Source: a virus. From it: a stretch of 64,000 nucleotides of DNA. A program made the position numbers and the translations under genes. Of this stretch, positions 1 to 9,895 are shown piece after piece. The number at the start of each line of letters is the position of its first letter. Within the stretch, counting starts at the first letter, position 1. Where the stretch lies: positions 32,001 to 96,000 of IMG/VR virus record IMGVR_UViG_3300045988_167206. One strand, 5' to 3'. The notes under the pieces are model-generated. The model did no database searches and had not been told where the DNA came from. It saw only the letters and a list, made by a program, of their open reading frames with translations.

Positions 1-2679
1 GCCGGAACAGATACACATAGCATCAATTCATATAAAGCACAATGTCGTAGTATTCTTCAGAAAGCAAAAAAGATTGAATATGCTGATGAAGACAAATTTG
101 ATCTTACATATAAGAGCTATAAAGAGCTTGTAAAAATGTTTCGAAAACAAGGTTGTAATATTCCTTTTGAAATTATTTTGGAAGCTATAGAAGAAACAAA
201 TAGAATGGCAGATTCTATTGAAGATTTTATACTTGATACTTCTATAAAATATCCAAAAGCATACGACAATGAAGAAGAAGTTTTAAAAAAACGTATTCTT
301 AGAATGCTTAAAGAGAAAGTTGATGCCGGAATTATTGATAAAAAGAAGATTCCAGAATATAAAAAGAGAATCGCAGAAGAAATGCGTGTTTTCAAAAAAA
401 TTAATATGGTTGGTTTCATGCTTTTTATGTCTGAACTTGTTTGTTGGTGTTGGGATAATGGAATCCCAGTTGGTCCATGTAGAGGATCTGTAGGTGGTTC
501 CGAGATTGCTTACATTACAGATATTATTGATGTAGACCCTATTGTATGGAACACAATTTTCTCACGATTTGCCAATGAAGATCGAGAAGAAGTTGGAGAT
601 ATTGACCTTGATATTTCTCCTGATCAGAGAGAATTAGTATACAACCATATTATTGAATCATTTGGATATGATAAAACTGCGTATATCCTTGCTATCGGAA
701 CAATATCTGATAAAGGTACCATTGATGAAATTGGTCGTGCTTTAAATATTCCACTTGATGAAGTTGCAAAAATCAAAGAATTATATAGCTCTTACAAGGA
801 TTCAATTGATAATACTGCAAAACGTATTAAGGATATTGAAGGCAGAAATGATTTTGAAGAAATTAGGAATGCTGCAAAAGATTCTGAATTATATGGATTA
901 AGAAGGGATTACGAAAATAAACTATCAGAACATAAAAACGCTCTTAAGAACATGAATAATTTAAAAGAAAATCAGTATAGAGAAGTATTTTATTATTTTG
1001 ATGGATTAAACGGAACCCCAATTTCACAATCAATTCATCCAGCTGGTATTGTTGTATCACCAGTAACGCTTCCGGATAATTATGGTACATTCTGGAGTGA
1101 CGGGAAAAGAATCCTCTGTATCAATATGGAAGAGATTCATGATGGTGCCGGTCTTGTAAAATACGATCTCCTTGGATTAAAGAACTTGCAGATTATTCGT
1201 AAGTGTTATGAGTATGTAGGAAAACCATACCCAAGATCACACCAGATTAACTGGAAAGATAAAAAAGTGTGGGATGATATTATTACTTCTCCTGCCGGGA
1301 TATTTCAGTTCGAGTCGCCATATGCGTTCGAAATGCTCAAAAATTACAAACCTCAATGTGTCAATGACTTATCTATGGTTAATGCATCATTAAGACCTTC
1401 TGGTGCATCATATAGAGATCGATTATTGGCAGGAGAAACAAACAAGAATCCATCACCTTTGATCGATGAGTTACTAAAGGATAATAGAGGATTTCTTATT
1501 TTCCAGGAAGATACAATTAAATTCCTTCAGAATATATGTGGGTTGAGCGGATCTGAGGCTGATAATGTAAGGCGAGCTATTGGACGTAAACAGATGGATC
1601 GACTTCAGAAAGCTCTTCCAAGCATTTTGGAAGGATATTGTAAAATGTCTCCGCAGCCGAAAGAAATTGCAGAACAAGAAGCAAAGACATTTTTACAGAT
1701 TATTGAGGACAGTGCAAACTATCAGTTCGGATTTAATCATTCGACAGGCTATTCAATGATTGGTTATATGTGTGCGTTTTGCAGATTTTATTATCCGGAA
1801 GAGTTCATAGCTGCTTATCTGAACTGTGCAAGCAATACAGACGATATTGTAATGGGGACAGAACTGGCAAAAATTAAACATATAACTATGAATAATATTA
1901 AATTCAGAAAGTCTGGACCAGAGTATACAGTAGATAAAAAGAACCATGCTTTATATAAAGGAATTGCTTCAATTAAATTCTGTAACGCTCAGATTGCAAC
2001 AGAGTTACTTAATTTATCTGATAATACCTATAAAACTTTTGTTGGTGTTCTAGCTGATGTTCATTCAAAAACATCGGTAAACTCCAGGCAGTTAACTATT
2101 CTTATGGGATTAAACTTTTTTTCAGAATTTGGTAATAATAAATATCTTATGCAGGTATCTGAGTTATATGATAAATTTGCTACATGCAAGATTATTAGTA
2201 AGAAGAAGATGGAAGAACTTGGATTATCAGAATATCTCATGAAAAAGTACGCCGGAAGAGAGACGGCTTCACAGTATAGAGAACTTGATAACAATGGACT
2301 TATCACAGAATTGTCATCAAGACTTGAAGATAAATCAATGTCTGTTGTGGATCAGGTTAAATTTGAAAAAGAATATCTGCAGTATGTAGTTTATACGAAT
2401 CCAAAAGTAAATAAAAGTTTTTATATTGTTACAGAGTATAAAACTTTTAAAGAAGCAAGAAAACCATATTGTACTTTACATAATATCAAGACTGGAGAAG
2501 ACATTAAGACTCGTGTGATCCAGGTTAAAGTATACGAGGATAACCCATTTGGAGAATATTCCGTATTGAAAGTAGATCATTTTGATCAGAAACATAAAAA
2601 GAAATGTGTAAATGGAACATGGCAGGAGACAGAAGAATTAGAAGATATCTTAAATGATTACGAGGTAATTAAAAAATAA
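1..2679 (+). CDS. dnaE: DNA polymerase III alpha subunit (DnaE-type), 5' end outside window
   Basis: Frame 1 is open from nt 1 (AGTDTHS..., PHP-domain-like), so the Met at 136 is internal. Motifs GPCRGSVGGS, GDIDLDIS, HPAGIVVS, KYDLLGLKNL and FQFES fit the Pol III alpha core. Confidence 0.9.
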   Translation, partial: AGTDTHSINSYKAQCRSILQKAKKIEYADEDKFDLTYKSYKELVKMFRKQGCNIPFEIILEAIEETNRMADSIEDFILDTSIKYPKAYDNEEEVLKKRILRMLKEKVDAGIIDKKKIPEYKKRIAEEMRVFKKINMVGFMLFMSELVCWCWDNGIPVGPCRGSVGGSEIAYITDIIDVDPIVWNTIFSRFANEDREEVGDIDLDISPDQRELVYNHIIESFGYDKTAYILAIGTISDKGTIDEIGRALNIPLDEVAKIKELYSSYKDSIDNTAKRIKDIEGRNDFEEIRNAAKDSELYGLRRDYENKLSEHKNALKNMNNLKENQYREVFYYFDGLNGTPISQSIHPAGIVVSPVTLPDNYGTFWSDGKRILCINMEEIHDGAGLVKYDLLGLKNLQIIRKCYEYVGKPYPRSHQINWKDKKVWDDIITSPAGIFQFESPYAFEMLKNYKPQCVNDLSMVNASLRPSGASYRDRLLAGETNKNPSPLIDELLKDNRGFLIFQEDTIKFLQNICGLSGSEADNVRRAIGRKQMDRLQKALPSILEGYCKMSPQPKEIAEQEAKTFLQIIEDSANYQFGFNHSTGYSMIGYMCAFCRFYYPEEFIAAYLNCASNTDDIVMGTELAKIKHITMNNIKFRKSGPEYTVDKKNHALYKGIASIKFCNAQIATELLNLSDNTYKTFVGVLADVHSKTSVNSRQLTILMGLNFFSEFGNNKYLMQVSELYDKFATCKIISKKKMEELGLSEYLMKKYAGRETASQYRELDNNGLITELSSRLEDKSMSVVDQVKFEKEYLQYVVYTNPKVNKSFYIVTEYKTFKEARKPYCTLHNIKTGEDIKTRVIQVKVYEDNPFGEYSVLKVDHFDQKHKKKCVNGTWQETEELEDILNDYEVIKK

Positions 2680-2680
2680 A

Positions 2681-4915
2681 ATGAACAATGAAAAACAAGT
2701 AAAATTTGTTGGAAAAGTTGCAAGATGTATATATAACAAACAAGGATCTGACTGGTCTATTTATGCAATGGAGGTTGATCCTAAAGAGTATCCGAATATT
2801 AAACAGAATCAATATGATAATGTATCGATAAGTGGAGAATTACCTGATTTAAGTGTGACACGGCCGTATTCAATTACGGCTGTGGAGCAAGAAAGTAAAT
2901 ATGGCCCAACATATAAAGTCGTTAAAATGAGCATTATGAGACCAAAAACTGGGGAAGAAGTATATTCTTTTCTGCGTGAAATTTTGACAGAAAATCAGGC
3001 AGCAGTATTGTATAAAGAATATCCTGATATTATTGAACTTGTAGAAAACGAAACAGCAGATGAAAAGGTTGATCTTTCTAAGCTGCCAGGAATTGGTGAA
3101 AAAACATTTGCAAAAATTAAAGATAAAATTAATACCAATATTAGATTACTTGATTTAGTAGTTGAATTTGGTGGAGTATTATCATTGACTGTAATCAAAA
3201 AGCTATATGAGGCATATCCTGCAATGGAGTTAGTTCGAAAGAAATTACGTACAGAACCATATAAATGTCTTACCAACATTTCTGGCATTGGGTTCATAAA
3301 AGCAGATAGTATGCTTCTGGAGCTTGAGAGAGAAAAAAAGATTGACTTTGGTTTTAATCTTAGAAAAAGTCCGCAGAGATGTGCAGCTTGTATGCAGTAT
3401 TATCTTGAAGAGAATCAAAAAGAAGGAAATACGAAAATGGATCTTCGCGATCTTCGTAAGCAAGTGCTTAAATTAGTCCCAGCGTGTGCAAATCATTATG
3501 TTGATTGTTTAAAAAATGGTGATTTTTATTATAGCAAAGATACATTTGAAGTGGCATTGAAGACTACTTATGAGACAGAAGAGTATATTGCAGAGAAAAT
3601 CAAACTTGCTAATCAGAAACCTAAGATTTGGGATATTAATTGGAAGAAATATCAGAATGAAGGCGAATATCCGTTGACAGATGAGCAGCTTAGTGCTCTT
3701 GAGTGTATATGCAATAATAATATTATGATATTAAATGGATTTGGTGGATCTGGAAAGTCAGCTACATCAGCGATGATCATTAAAATGTTGGAAGATAATG
3801 ATATTACATATAAATTATTTGCGCCTACAGGAAGAGCTGCTAAAGTTTTGGCTGATTATACAGAGAAGCCGGCTGCAACTATTCATCGAGGCTTAGGTTA
3901 TATGCCGCCTTCAAATTGGTGTTTTAACGAAGACAATAAGATCACAGTAAGAGTTATTTTGATTGACGAATTTTCAATGACGGATGTTTTCTTATTTAAA
4001 CATGTAATCGAAGCCATTGATTTTAATGTAACTAAATTAATTTTAGTTGGAGATTCGGCACAGCTTCCAAGTGTTGGACCAGGAAATCTACTTCATGATT
4101 TTGTACGATTAAGAAAGCTTCCAATAGTTACATTAAATAAGATATTTCGATATGGTGAAGGTGGCTTAATGACTGTTGCTACAGATATTAGGAATAGACA
4201 GAAGTATTTAACAGATGAAGATTGTCAGTTTTTTGGAGAGAAAAAAGATTATGTGTTTATACGTGCATCTAATGAAAAAATAGTAGGTCAAATACTCTTG
4301 TTATACGCAACATTATTGAAAAAATATAGGCCAGAAGATATTCTTGTTTTGTCTGCATATAACAAAGGAAGTTGTGGAACTGTTGAAATTAATAATAGAT
4401 TGCAGGTTATCGCAAATGAAAATTATGGATCTGAAAATTTCTTAAAAGTTGGAGAGGTAAAATATTTTGAAGGCGATATTGTAATTCAAACTTCAAATAA
4501 TTATCATGCACCAGTGTATTATGATGGCCTTGATATTGCTCATTTGGAATGGGCAGAAGATTTAGAAGAAACATTTGTTCCAAATGGTATGATTGGAAAA
4601 ATTACTTCTATACAAAAAAACGGAGTGATTATTGACTTTGATGGTGTAGAAGTAGTATATACTAAAACAGACATGCAGAATGTGGCATTAGGATATTCTA
4701 TCAGTATTCATAAATCTCAGGGCGGCAGTGCGAAGATTGTTATCTTGCTTTCACCTTCATCGCATGAATTCATGATGAATTCGAATTTACTTTACGTAGG
4801 CATTACCAGAACGAAAGAGAAGTGTTACCATTTTGGAAGCATTGAGTCTGTTAATAGATCAATCAGAAAGAAGGAGAATTTTAACAGAAAAACATTAATG
4901 TATAATTTTTTTTGA
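2681..4915 (+). CDS. RecD2-like SF1 DNA helicase
   Basis: Walker A GFGGSGKS, Walker B LIDEFSM, LVGDSAQLPSVGPGN, SIHKSQGGSAKIVI and YVGITRTK. N-terminal HhH-like segment (LPGIGEKTFAKI). The ATG follows the dnaE stop by 1 nt. Confidence 0.85.
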   Translation: MNNEKQVKFVGKVARCIYNKQGSDWSIYAMEVDPKEYPNIKQNQYDNVSISGELPDLSVTRPYSITAVEQESKYGPTYKVVKMSIMRPKTGEEVYSFLREILTENQAAVLYKEYPDIIELVENETADEKVDLSKLPGIGEKTFAKIKDKINTNIRLLDLVVEFGGVLSLTVIKKLYEAYPAMELVRKKLRTEPYKCLTNISGIGFIKADSMLLELEREKKIDFGFNLRKSPQRCAACMQYYLEENQKEGNTKMDLRDLRKQVLKLVPACANHYVDCLKNGDFYYSKDTFEVALKTTYETEEYIAEKIKLANQKPKIWDINWKKYQNEGEYPLTDEQLSALECICNNNIMILNGFGGSGKSATSAMIIKMLEDNDITYKLFAPTGRAAKVLADYTEKPAATIHRGLGYMPPSNWCFNEDNKITVRVILIDEFSMTDVFLFKHVIEAIDFNVTKLILVGDSAQLPSVGPGNLLHDFVRLRKLPIVTLNKIFRYGEGGLMTVATDIRNRQKYLTDEDCQFFGEKKDYVFIRASNEKIVGQILLLYATLLKKYRPEDILVLSAYNKGSCGTVEINNRLQVIANENYGSENFLKVGEVKYFEGDIVIQTSNNYHAPVYYDGLDIAHLEWAEDLEETFVPNGMIGKITSIQKNGVIIDFDGVEVVYTKTDMQNVALGYSISIHKSQGGSAKIVILLSPSSHEFMMNSNLLYVGITRTKEKCYHFGSIESVNRSIRKKENFNRKTLMYNFF

Positions 4916-4918
4916 TTA

Positions 4919-4933
4919 AATAATGTAAAATTT
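4919..4933 (+). repeat. Copy 1 of intergenic motif AATAATGTAAAATTT
   Basis: Exact 15-mer just after the helicase stop. It is followed by GAAAATTACAT, which gives 6-bp inverted arms ATGTAA/TTACAT. Confidence 0.7.
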
Positions 4934-4945
4934 GAAAATTACATG

Positions 4946-4974
4946 TTGACATATGAAGCAAAGCATGATATGAT
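4946..4974 (+). promoter_or_regulatory. Sigma-70-like promoter: TTGACA, 17-nt spacer, extended -10 TGaTATGAT
   Basis: TTGACA at 4946-4951, TG at 4966-4967 and TATGAT at 4969-4974. It lies in the 109-nt gap upstream of the ThyX-like gene. Confidence 0.6.
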
Positions 4975-4990
4975 ACTAACCGTAGCAAGC

Positions 4991-5005
4991 AATAATGTAA
5001 AGTTT
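4991..5005 (+). repeat. Copy 2 of intergenic motif (AATAATGTAAAGTTT)
   Basis: 14/15 match to the motif. It sits downstream of the predicted -10, in the 5' leader, 19 nt before the ATG at 5025. Confidence 0.65.
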
Positions 5006-5024
5006 AAAAAGGAGTAAAGAAGAT

Positions 5025-5795
5025 ATGAAAGTTTATTTAACAGAAATGCATTCGATCAGAGATGCAATCAGAACAATGTATATGAGTAAACGAAGTTGGA
5101 CACCTGAATTTGAAATCAAACTCAAAGAAACAGTAAATCATTGTACAAACAGAGATGGTAGGCCATATGTAAATCTAGATCTTAACAATGATGATCCAGT
5201 TAAAGTTGAATTTGAAGATATGGTTAATAAACTTTTTAAATGGGGCAAGCAGCATATAACAATGCTTCGGTTCTTAGATGTATCCGTTGTGGTAGAAGGA
5301 CTTCACAGAGGAGCTACAGATGACCTTGATGCTCATGCTAAGAGAATGGATAATCGTATTATTCGAAGCAGTACAAGACTTGCGAATTATCAGTCTTCAG
5401 AAATGTCTGATTGGTATAAAGGAAAAATTATTCCTACTGATATGGCATTAAAAATCTTACTCATGGATCTTCCGGAAGAAATTGAATATGAAGGAAATAC
5501 ATATGTAAGAGCCGAGAATGGATATATTCTTAAAGGGCAGGAAAACAACAAAGATGTAAAACGTGGATTATATATGCTTTCTCTTCCAATGAATTTTACT
5601 TTTAAAATTAATATTGTAGAATTTGCTCATGTTTACATTGAAAGAGGTAAAAGTAAAAAGAACGGCGGCCTTGCACATGGTACAGCGGCTCCAGAACTTC
5701 AAGATATGATTGAAAATCTTGTTGACCAGATCCATGAGTGGTATCCTCAGATCGATAGAGAATTCCTTCTGGAGGTAGAAAATAACAATGTATGA
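5025..5795 (+). CDS. ThyX-fold (flavin-dependent thymidylate synthase-like) protein with a degenerate RHRxxS motif
   Basis: By-eye alignment to ThyX: KQHITMLRFLDVSVVVEGLHRGATDDLDAHAKRMDNRIIRSSTRL against [33 protein letters not shown], and later LPMNFTFKINIVEFAHVYIERG against [34 protein letters not shown]. Confidence 0.5.
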   Translation: MKVYLTEMHSIRDAIRTMYMSKRSWTPEFEIKLKETVNHCTNRDGRPYVNLDLNNDDPVKVEFEDMVNKLFKWGKQHITMLRFLDVSVVVEGLHRGATDDLDAHAKRMDNRIIRSSTRLANYQSSEMSDWYKGKIIPTDMALKILLMDLPEEIEYEGNTYVRAENGYILKGQENNKDVKRGLYMLSLPMNFTFKINIVEFAHVYIERGKSKKNGGLAHGTAAPELQDMIENLVDQIHEWYPQIDREFLLEVENNNV

Positions 5796-6006
5796 TAATA
5801 TTTATTATTGTAGAAACGCTAATAACACATGTGAAAAAAGAGACACTTGCTTAAGATATCTTAATGCAGCAGATAATCCAACAGCTACATTATTTAAATG
5901 TGCATGCACATCAAATAATCAATATTTATTATACATTAATAAATCAAAAGAAACGGAGAGTGAAGATGGAAAAGAATCCGGAGATGACACAGAATCAACA
6001 GAATAA
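5788..6006 (+). CDS. Small Cys-rich hypothetical protein (72 aa)
   Basis: The ATG overlaps the upstream stop (ATGTATGA). Five Cys in a YYCxxxxxxCxxxxxC...CxC pattern and an acidic tail. It overlaps the next gene by 41 nt. Confidence 0.4.
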   Translation: MYDNIYYCRNANNTCEKRDTCLRYLNAADNPTATLFKCACTSNNQYLLYINKSKETESEDGKESGDDTESTE

Positions 6007-6565
6007 TCTTCCTGTAAAGTTTCTTGTTGTTGGCAGAACTGCTTCTGGAAAATCTTCAATTGTAAGAGAAGTATGTAAGAAACTTGAATTAAAACAGGTA
6101 AAAAGTCTAACAACAAGACCGCCACGAGATGTAGAGCTGAATAATCCTGATTCTGATCATTACTTTGTTACAGACGAAGAATTTGAATCTGAAAGAGACA
6201 AAGGATTTGTAGCTTACACTGAAATAAATGATTATAAATATGCTACAACGGTTGATGAGTTTGATAGATCAGATATTTATGTTATCGACCCAAAAGGTAT
6301 AGAATATCTTAAACAAACATGTGGTGATAAATATAAATTTGTCGAGATTTATATTCGAGTTCCATTTATAACTGCGATAAATAGATTTATTGAACGTGGT
6401 GGTATAGAGAGTGAATTTAAGGCAAGATTCAATCAGGAAAATTTACAATTTAAAGAATATGAAAAGAAACAAGGATTTGATTATCACGTATTAAATGATC
6501 AGGCATTAGAAGATGCGGTTGAAAAAGTATGCGAGATAATCAAAAAAAATAATTTGATAATGTAA
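5966..6565 (+). CDS. Guanylate kinase-like (d)NMP kinase
   Basis: P-loop GRTASGKSS, LTTRPPR motif and HYFVTDEEFE. Start moved to the internal ATG at 5966, preceded by GGAGAG. The longer ORF-track N-terminus looks non-coding. Confidence 0.75.
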   Translation: MEKNPEMTQNQQNNLPVKFLVVGRTASGKSSIVREVCKKLELKQVKSLTTRPPRDVELNNPDSDHYFVTDEEFESERDKGFVAYTEINDYKYATTVDEFDRSDIYVIDPKGIEYLKQTCGDKYKFVEIYIRVPFITAINRFIERGGIESEFKARFNQENLQFKEYEKKQGFDYHVLNDQALEDAVEKVCEIIKKNNLIM

Positions 6566-6570
6566 AATTT
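6556..6570 (+). repeat. Copy 3 of intergenic motif (GATAATGTAAAATTT)
   Basis: 14/15 match. It overlaps the kinase stop codon and lies 20 nt before the ATG at 6591. Confidence 0.65.
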
Positions 6571-6590
6571 GGCAGAATGGTGAAGAAAAA

Positions 6591-8861
6591 ATGAAAACAA
6601 AGGAATGGCTTGGAGAAAATAACACGCTTGGATTAGATATTTGGAAAAATAAATATCAGTACAATAATGAAACATTTGACGAATGGGTTGAGAGAATTTC
6701 TGCAGGAAATAAAGATATTGCTAAATTGATTAAAGAAAAGAAGTTTCTTTTTGGCGGGAGAATCTTAGCAAATAGAGGGCTAGAGAATAAAGGTAGAAAA
6801 ATTAGTCTTTCTAATTGCTATGTAATTGCTCCACCAGAAGATAATATTGAAAGTATCTTTGATTGTGCAAAAAAACTCGCTCGCACATATAGTTATGGTG
6901 GTGGCTGCGGAGTAGATATTAGCAAACTCTCTCCAAGAGGAGCAAGAGTTAATAATGCAGCAAAAGAAACAACAGGCTCTGTATCATTCATGGATTTATA
7001 TTCAATGGTAACAGGTTTAATCGGGCAGAGTGGACGTAGAGGTGCATTAATGCTTAGTATTTCTTGTGAACATCCGGATCTTGAAGAATTCATAGAAATC
7101 AAATCAGATCTTGATAGAGTTACTAAAGCAAATATTTCAATTCGTATTACAGATAAATTTATGGCCGCCGTAAGAAATAAACAGCCATTTGAATTATCTT
7201 TTACAAGAATTGAGACTGGAGAAACAATCACTAAAACAGTTGATGCATATTCAATCTTTCATAAGATGTGCGAAATGAACTGGGATTATGCAGAACCTGG
7301 AATGCTGTTTTGGGACAGAATTAATAACTGGAACTTACTTAGTTGTGATGATGAGTTTGAATATGCAGGGACAAATCCATGTGCAGAAGAACCTTTGCCA
7401 GCAGGCGGGTCGTGCCTTCTCGGTAGTATCAACTTATCAGAATTTGTAAAAGATAATAAAACGTTTGATTTCGATTCTTTTAGAGAATGTGTTGATAAAG
7501 CAGTAATTGCTTTAAATGAAGTATTAGATGAAGGGTTGCCACTCCACCCATTAAAGGAGCAGAGAGAATCTGTATATAATTGGAGACAGATTGGATTAGG
7601 AATTTTTGGCCTTGCAGATATGCTGATAAAAATGGAAATTAGATATGGTAGCGTTGAATCAATTAATTTATGTAATATGATCGGACATCTGATGGCTAAT
7701 CAGGCATTAAAAACATCTGCGTTACTTTCGAAAGAATATGGTCCATATCCTAAATATGATCCAGATGCAGTTGAAGGATCGGCATATTATAGTCTAAATG
7801 CTCTTGACGATACAAAAGATTTAATTAAAGCTTTTGGTCTTCGTAATTCTCAGCTTCTGACAATCGCTCCAACTGGATCACTTTCAACAATGTTTGGTGT
7901 GTCCGGTGGCATTGAACCTATTTTTGCAAATTACTATACAAGAAAGACGGAATCTTTAAAAGGACATGATGAATATTATAAAGTATATACTCCAATTGTA
8001 AAAGAATATATGGATGTACATTCAATTACAGATGATAAAAAATTACCAGATTTCTTTATTACCGCACAGACATTAGATTATAAACAGAGAATAACTATGC
8101 AAGGTATTTGGCAACGTCATATTGATGCATCTATCAGTTCTACTGTTAATTTACCAAATACAGCAACTATAGAAGACGTAGAAAATCTTTATATATACGC
8201 ATGGGATTTTGGATTAAAAGGAGTAACAATTTTTAGAGATGGTTGTAAAAGGGCTGGAATTTTAACTACTGATACTAAGAAAAAAGAAGAAGATAATAAT
8301 ACAAATTCAAAAAAATACACTCTTGAAAGAGGAATGATTATCAAAGCTGATGATAATTGCATTGGTAAGAAACGTACACTAAAGACTGGATGTGGAACTC
8401 TTCACTGTGAAGCATTCTTTGATCCTGAGACTGGACAGCTTTTAGAGACATATTTCAGTAAAGGTTCGTCAGGTGGATGTAATAATTTTATGATTGGATT
8501 ATCAAGAGCAATTTCGCTTTGTGCAAGAGGCGGTATTGATATTTATTCAATTGTTGATCAGCTTTTATCTTCTGGAACTTGCCCTTCTTACGCAGTAAGA
8601 AAAGCAACAAAACATGATACATCTAAAGGAAGTAGTTGTCCAGTAGCAATTGGCAATGCTTTACTTGATATGTATAAAGAAATTCAAAATGAATTAATCG
8701 ATTCTGATGATGGCGAAATATCTGAATTAATAGCAGAAAATAATAATTCTATATCAAAAGATAGTATTCCTAAGCCTAAATGCCCACAGTGTGGTGGAGA
8801 ATTAATTTTTGAAGGTGGATGTAATACCTGCAAATCTTGTGGCTGGAGTAAATGTGATTAA
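6591..8861 (+). CDS. nrdJ: Class II (adenosylcobalamin-dependent) ribonucleotide reductase
   Basis: LSNCYV, NPCAEEPLPAGGSC, TIAPTGS, KGVTIFRDGC and a C-terminal zinc ribbon CPQCGGEL..CNTCKSCGWSKC. Single-chain 756 aa. Confidence 0.9.
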   Translation: MKTKEWLGENNTLGLDIWKNKYQYNNETFDEWVERISAGNKDIAKLIKEKKFLFGGRILANRGLENKGRKISLSNCYVIAPPEDNIESIFDCAKKLARTYSYGGGCGVDISKLSPRGARVNNAAKETTGSVSFMDLYSMVTGLIGQSGRRGALMLSISCEHPDLEEFIEIKSDLDRVTKANISIRITDKFMAAVRNKQPFELSFTRIETGETITKTVDAYSIFHKMCEMNWDYAEPGMLFWDRINNWNLLSCDDEFEYAGTNPCAEEPLPAGGSCLLGSINLSEFVKDNKTFDFDSFRECVDKAVIALNEVLDEGLPLHPLKEQRESVYNWRQIGLGIFGLADMLIKMEIRYGSVESINLCNMIGHLMANQALKTSALLSKEYGPYPKYDPDAVEGSAYYSLNALDDTKDLIKAFGLRNSQLLTIAPTGSLSTMFGVSGGIEPIFANYYTRKTESLKGHDEYYKVYTPIVKEYMDVHSITDDKKLPDFFITAQTLDYKQRITMQGIWQRHIDASISSTVNLPNTATIEDVENLYIYAWDFGLKGVTIFRDGCKRAGILTTDTKKKEEDNNTNSKKYTLERGMIIKADDNCIGKKRTLKTGCGTLHCEAFFDPETGQLLETYFSKGSSGGCNNFMIGLSRAISLCARGGIDIYSIVDQLLSSGTCPSYAVRKATKHDTSKGSSCPVAIGNALLDMYKEIQNELIDSDDGEISELIAENNNSISKDSIPKPKCPQCGGELIFEGGCNTCKSCGWSKCD

Positions 8862-8873
8862 TTTTTTTGAATT

Positions 8874-8917
8874 AATAATGTAAAATTTAAAATAGCATAA
8901 AGGAGAAAACAAAAATG
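8874..8917 (+). repeat. Copy 4 of the motif, as a 44-nt block that includes RBS and ATG
   Basis: AATAATGTAAAATTTAAAATAGCATAAAGGAGAAAACAAAAATG, 42/44 identical to 9891-9934. Confidence 0.85.
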
Positions 8918-9895
8918 GCAAAAATTACAATGAAATCAACAAAACAGGAAATTATGGATGCTTATGAGGCAGCAAAGAGCAAGATTGAAGAAATTGAGTC
9001 TATTAAAGATGATCCGCTTGCATCTGCAAAAGCAGAAAAGTCAGCAGAAATTATTAAGTCTGCGGATGCGGTTGCAGAAAATGATATCCTAAATCCTGCT
9101 GTTATTGCTCAGTATAACGATCTGAAAGCAGCCATCCAGATGAAAAAAGAGGAACTTCAGAACCTTTATGGTATTGAAGCAAAAGCCAATTCTCTTGTGG
9201 CAATTATTAATGCTCATAAAGACAAAGAGGCTGAATTAAAAGAGAAATTTAAGGCAGAAGAGGCTACTCTTATGGCTGATATGGCAGCTCAGGAAGAGGC
9301 TTTAAATTCCGATATTAAAGAACTTGAGAAGAAAAAAGAGGATCTGATTGCAGCTACTAAAGCAGAACACGATGAACTGAAAAAAGAACTTGATAAACAG
9401 CGTAAACGTGAAGCAGAAGAGTATAATTATGATCTGAAACGTGCTCGTCAGCTTGAAGAAGACAAATGGACTGATGAAAAGAATGCTCGTGAAAAAGAAC
9501 TGACAGAACGTGAGGCAGCTGTAAGAGCAGATGAACAGGAATTAGCTGAAAAGACTGCTTATATTGAAGAACTGGAACAGAAAGTTGAAGAAATTCCTAC
9601 TCTTGTACAGGAAGCTACAGAAGAAGGTGTTAAAAAGGGTAAAGTAGATGCGGATAAATCAAATGCTTTTGAAGTGCGCGCTCTTAAACAGAAGAATGAT
9701 TATGATGTACAGATTCTCGAAGATAAAGTAAATAGACTTGAATTAGAGGTTGATTCTCTTAGAAATGAAAAAGCAGATTTACAGATGAAACTTGATGATG
9801 CTTATGCACAGATGAGAGATCTTGCGGCCGAGACAGTCAAATCTACAGGTGGGGTTAAAATTCTTAACGGACAGAATTCTCAGTTAAGCAAATAA
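8915..9895 (+). CDS. Charged coiled-coil protein (326 aa), function unknown
   Basis: E/K/A-rich heptad-like sequence throughout. Strong RBS AAGGAG. Confidence 0.7.
   Translation: MAKITMKSTKQEIMDAYEAAKSKIEEIESIKDDPLASAKAEKSAEIIKSADAVAENDILNPAVIAQYNDLKAAIQMKKEELQNLYGIEAKANSLVAIINAHKDKEAELKEKFKAEEATLMADMAAQEEALNSDIKELEKKKEDLIAATKAEHDELKKELDKQRKREAEEYNYDLKRARQLEEDKWTDEKNAREKELTEREAAVRADEQELAEKTAYIEELEQKVEEIPTLVQEATEEGVKKGKVDADKSNAFEVRALKQKNDYDVQILEDKVNRLELEVDSLRNEKADLQMKLDDAYAQMRDLAAETVKSTGGVKILNGQNSQLSK

Noticed and set aside
117-419. Many 60-110-aa ORFs in the track lie antisense to or out of frame within the large genes. Examples: 117-419, 1474-1677, 1753-1947, 2061-2306, 2995-3463, 6893-7231, 10600-11108, 13593-13784, 18648-19564, 21799-22089, 22171-22564 and 23581-23832.
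   Set aside because: They lie fully inside well-supported genes on the other strand or frame, lack RBSs, and have low-complexity, hydrophobic or stop-avoiding compositions typical of AT-rich antisense frames.
5864-5965. Long N-terminal extension of the guanylate-kinase-like ORF (MQQIIQQLHYLNVH...).
   Set aside because: No RBS is present and it overlaps the small Cys-rich ORF. A GGAGAG-ATG at 5966 gives a normal-length kinase that starts just before the P-loop.
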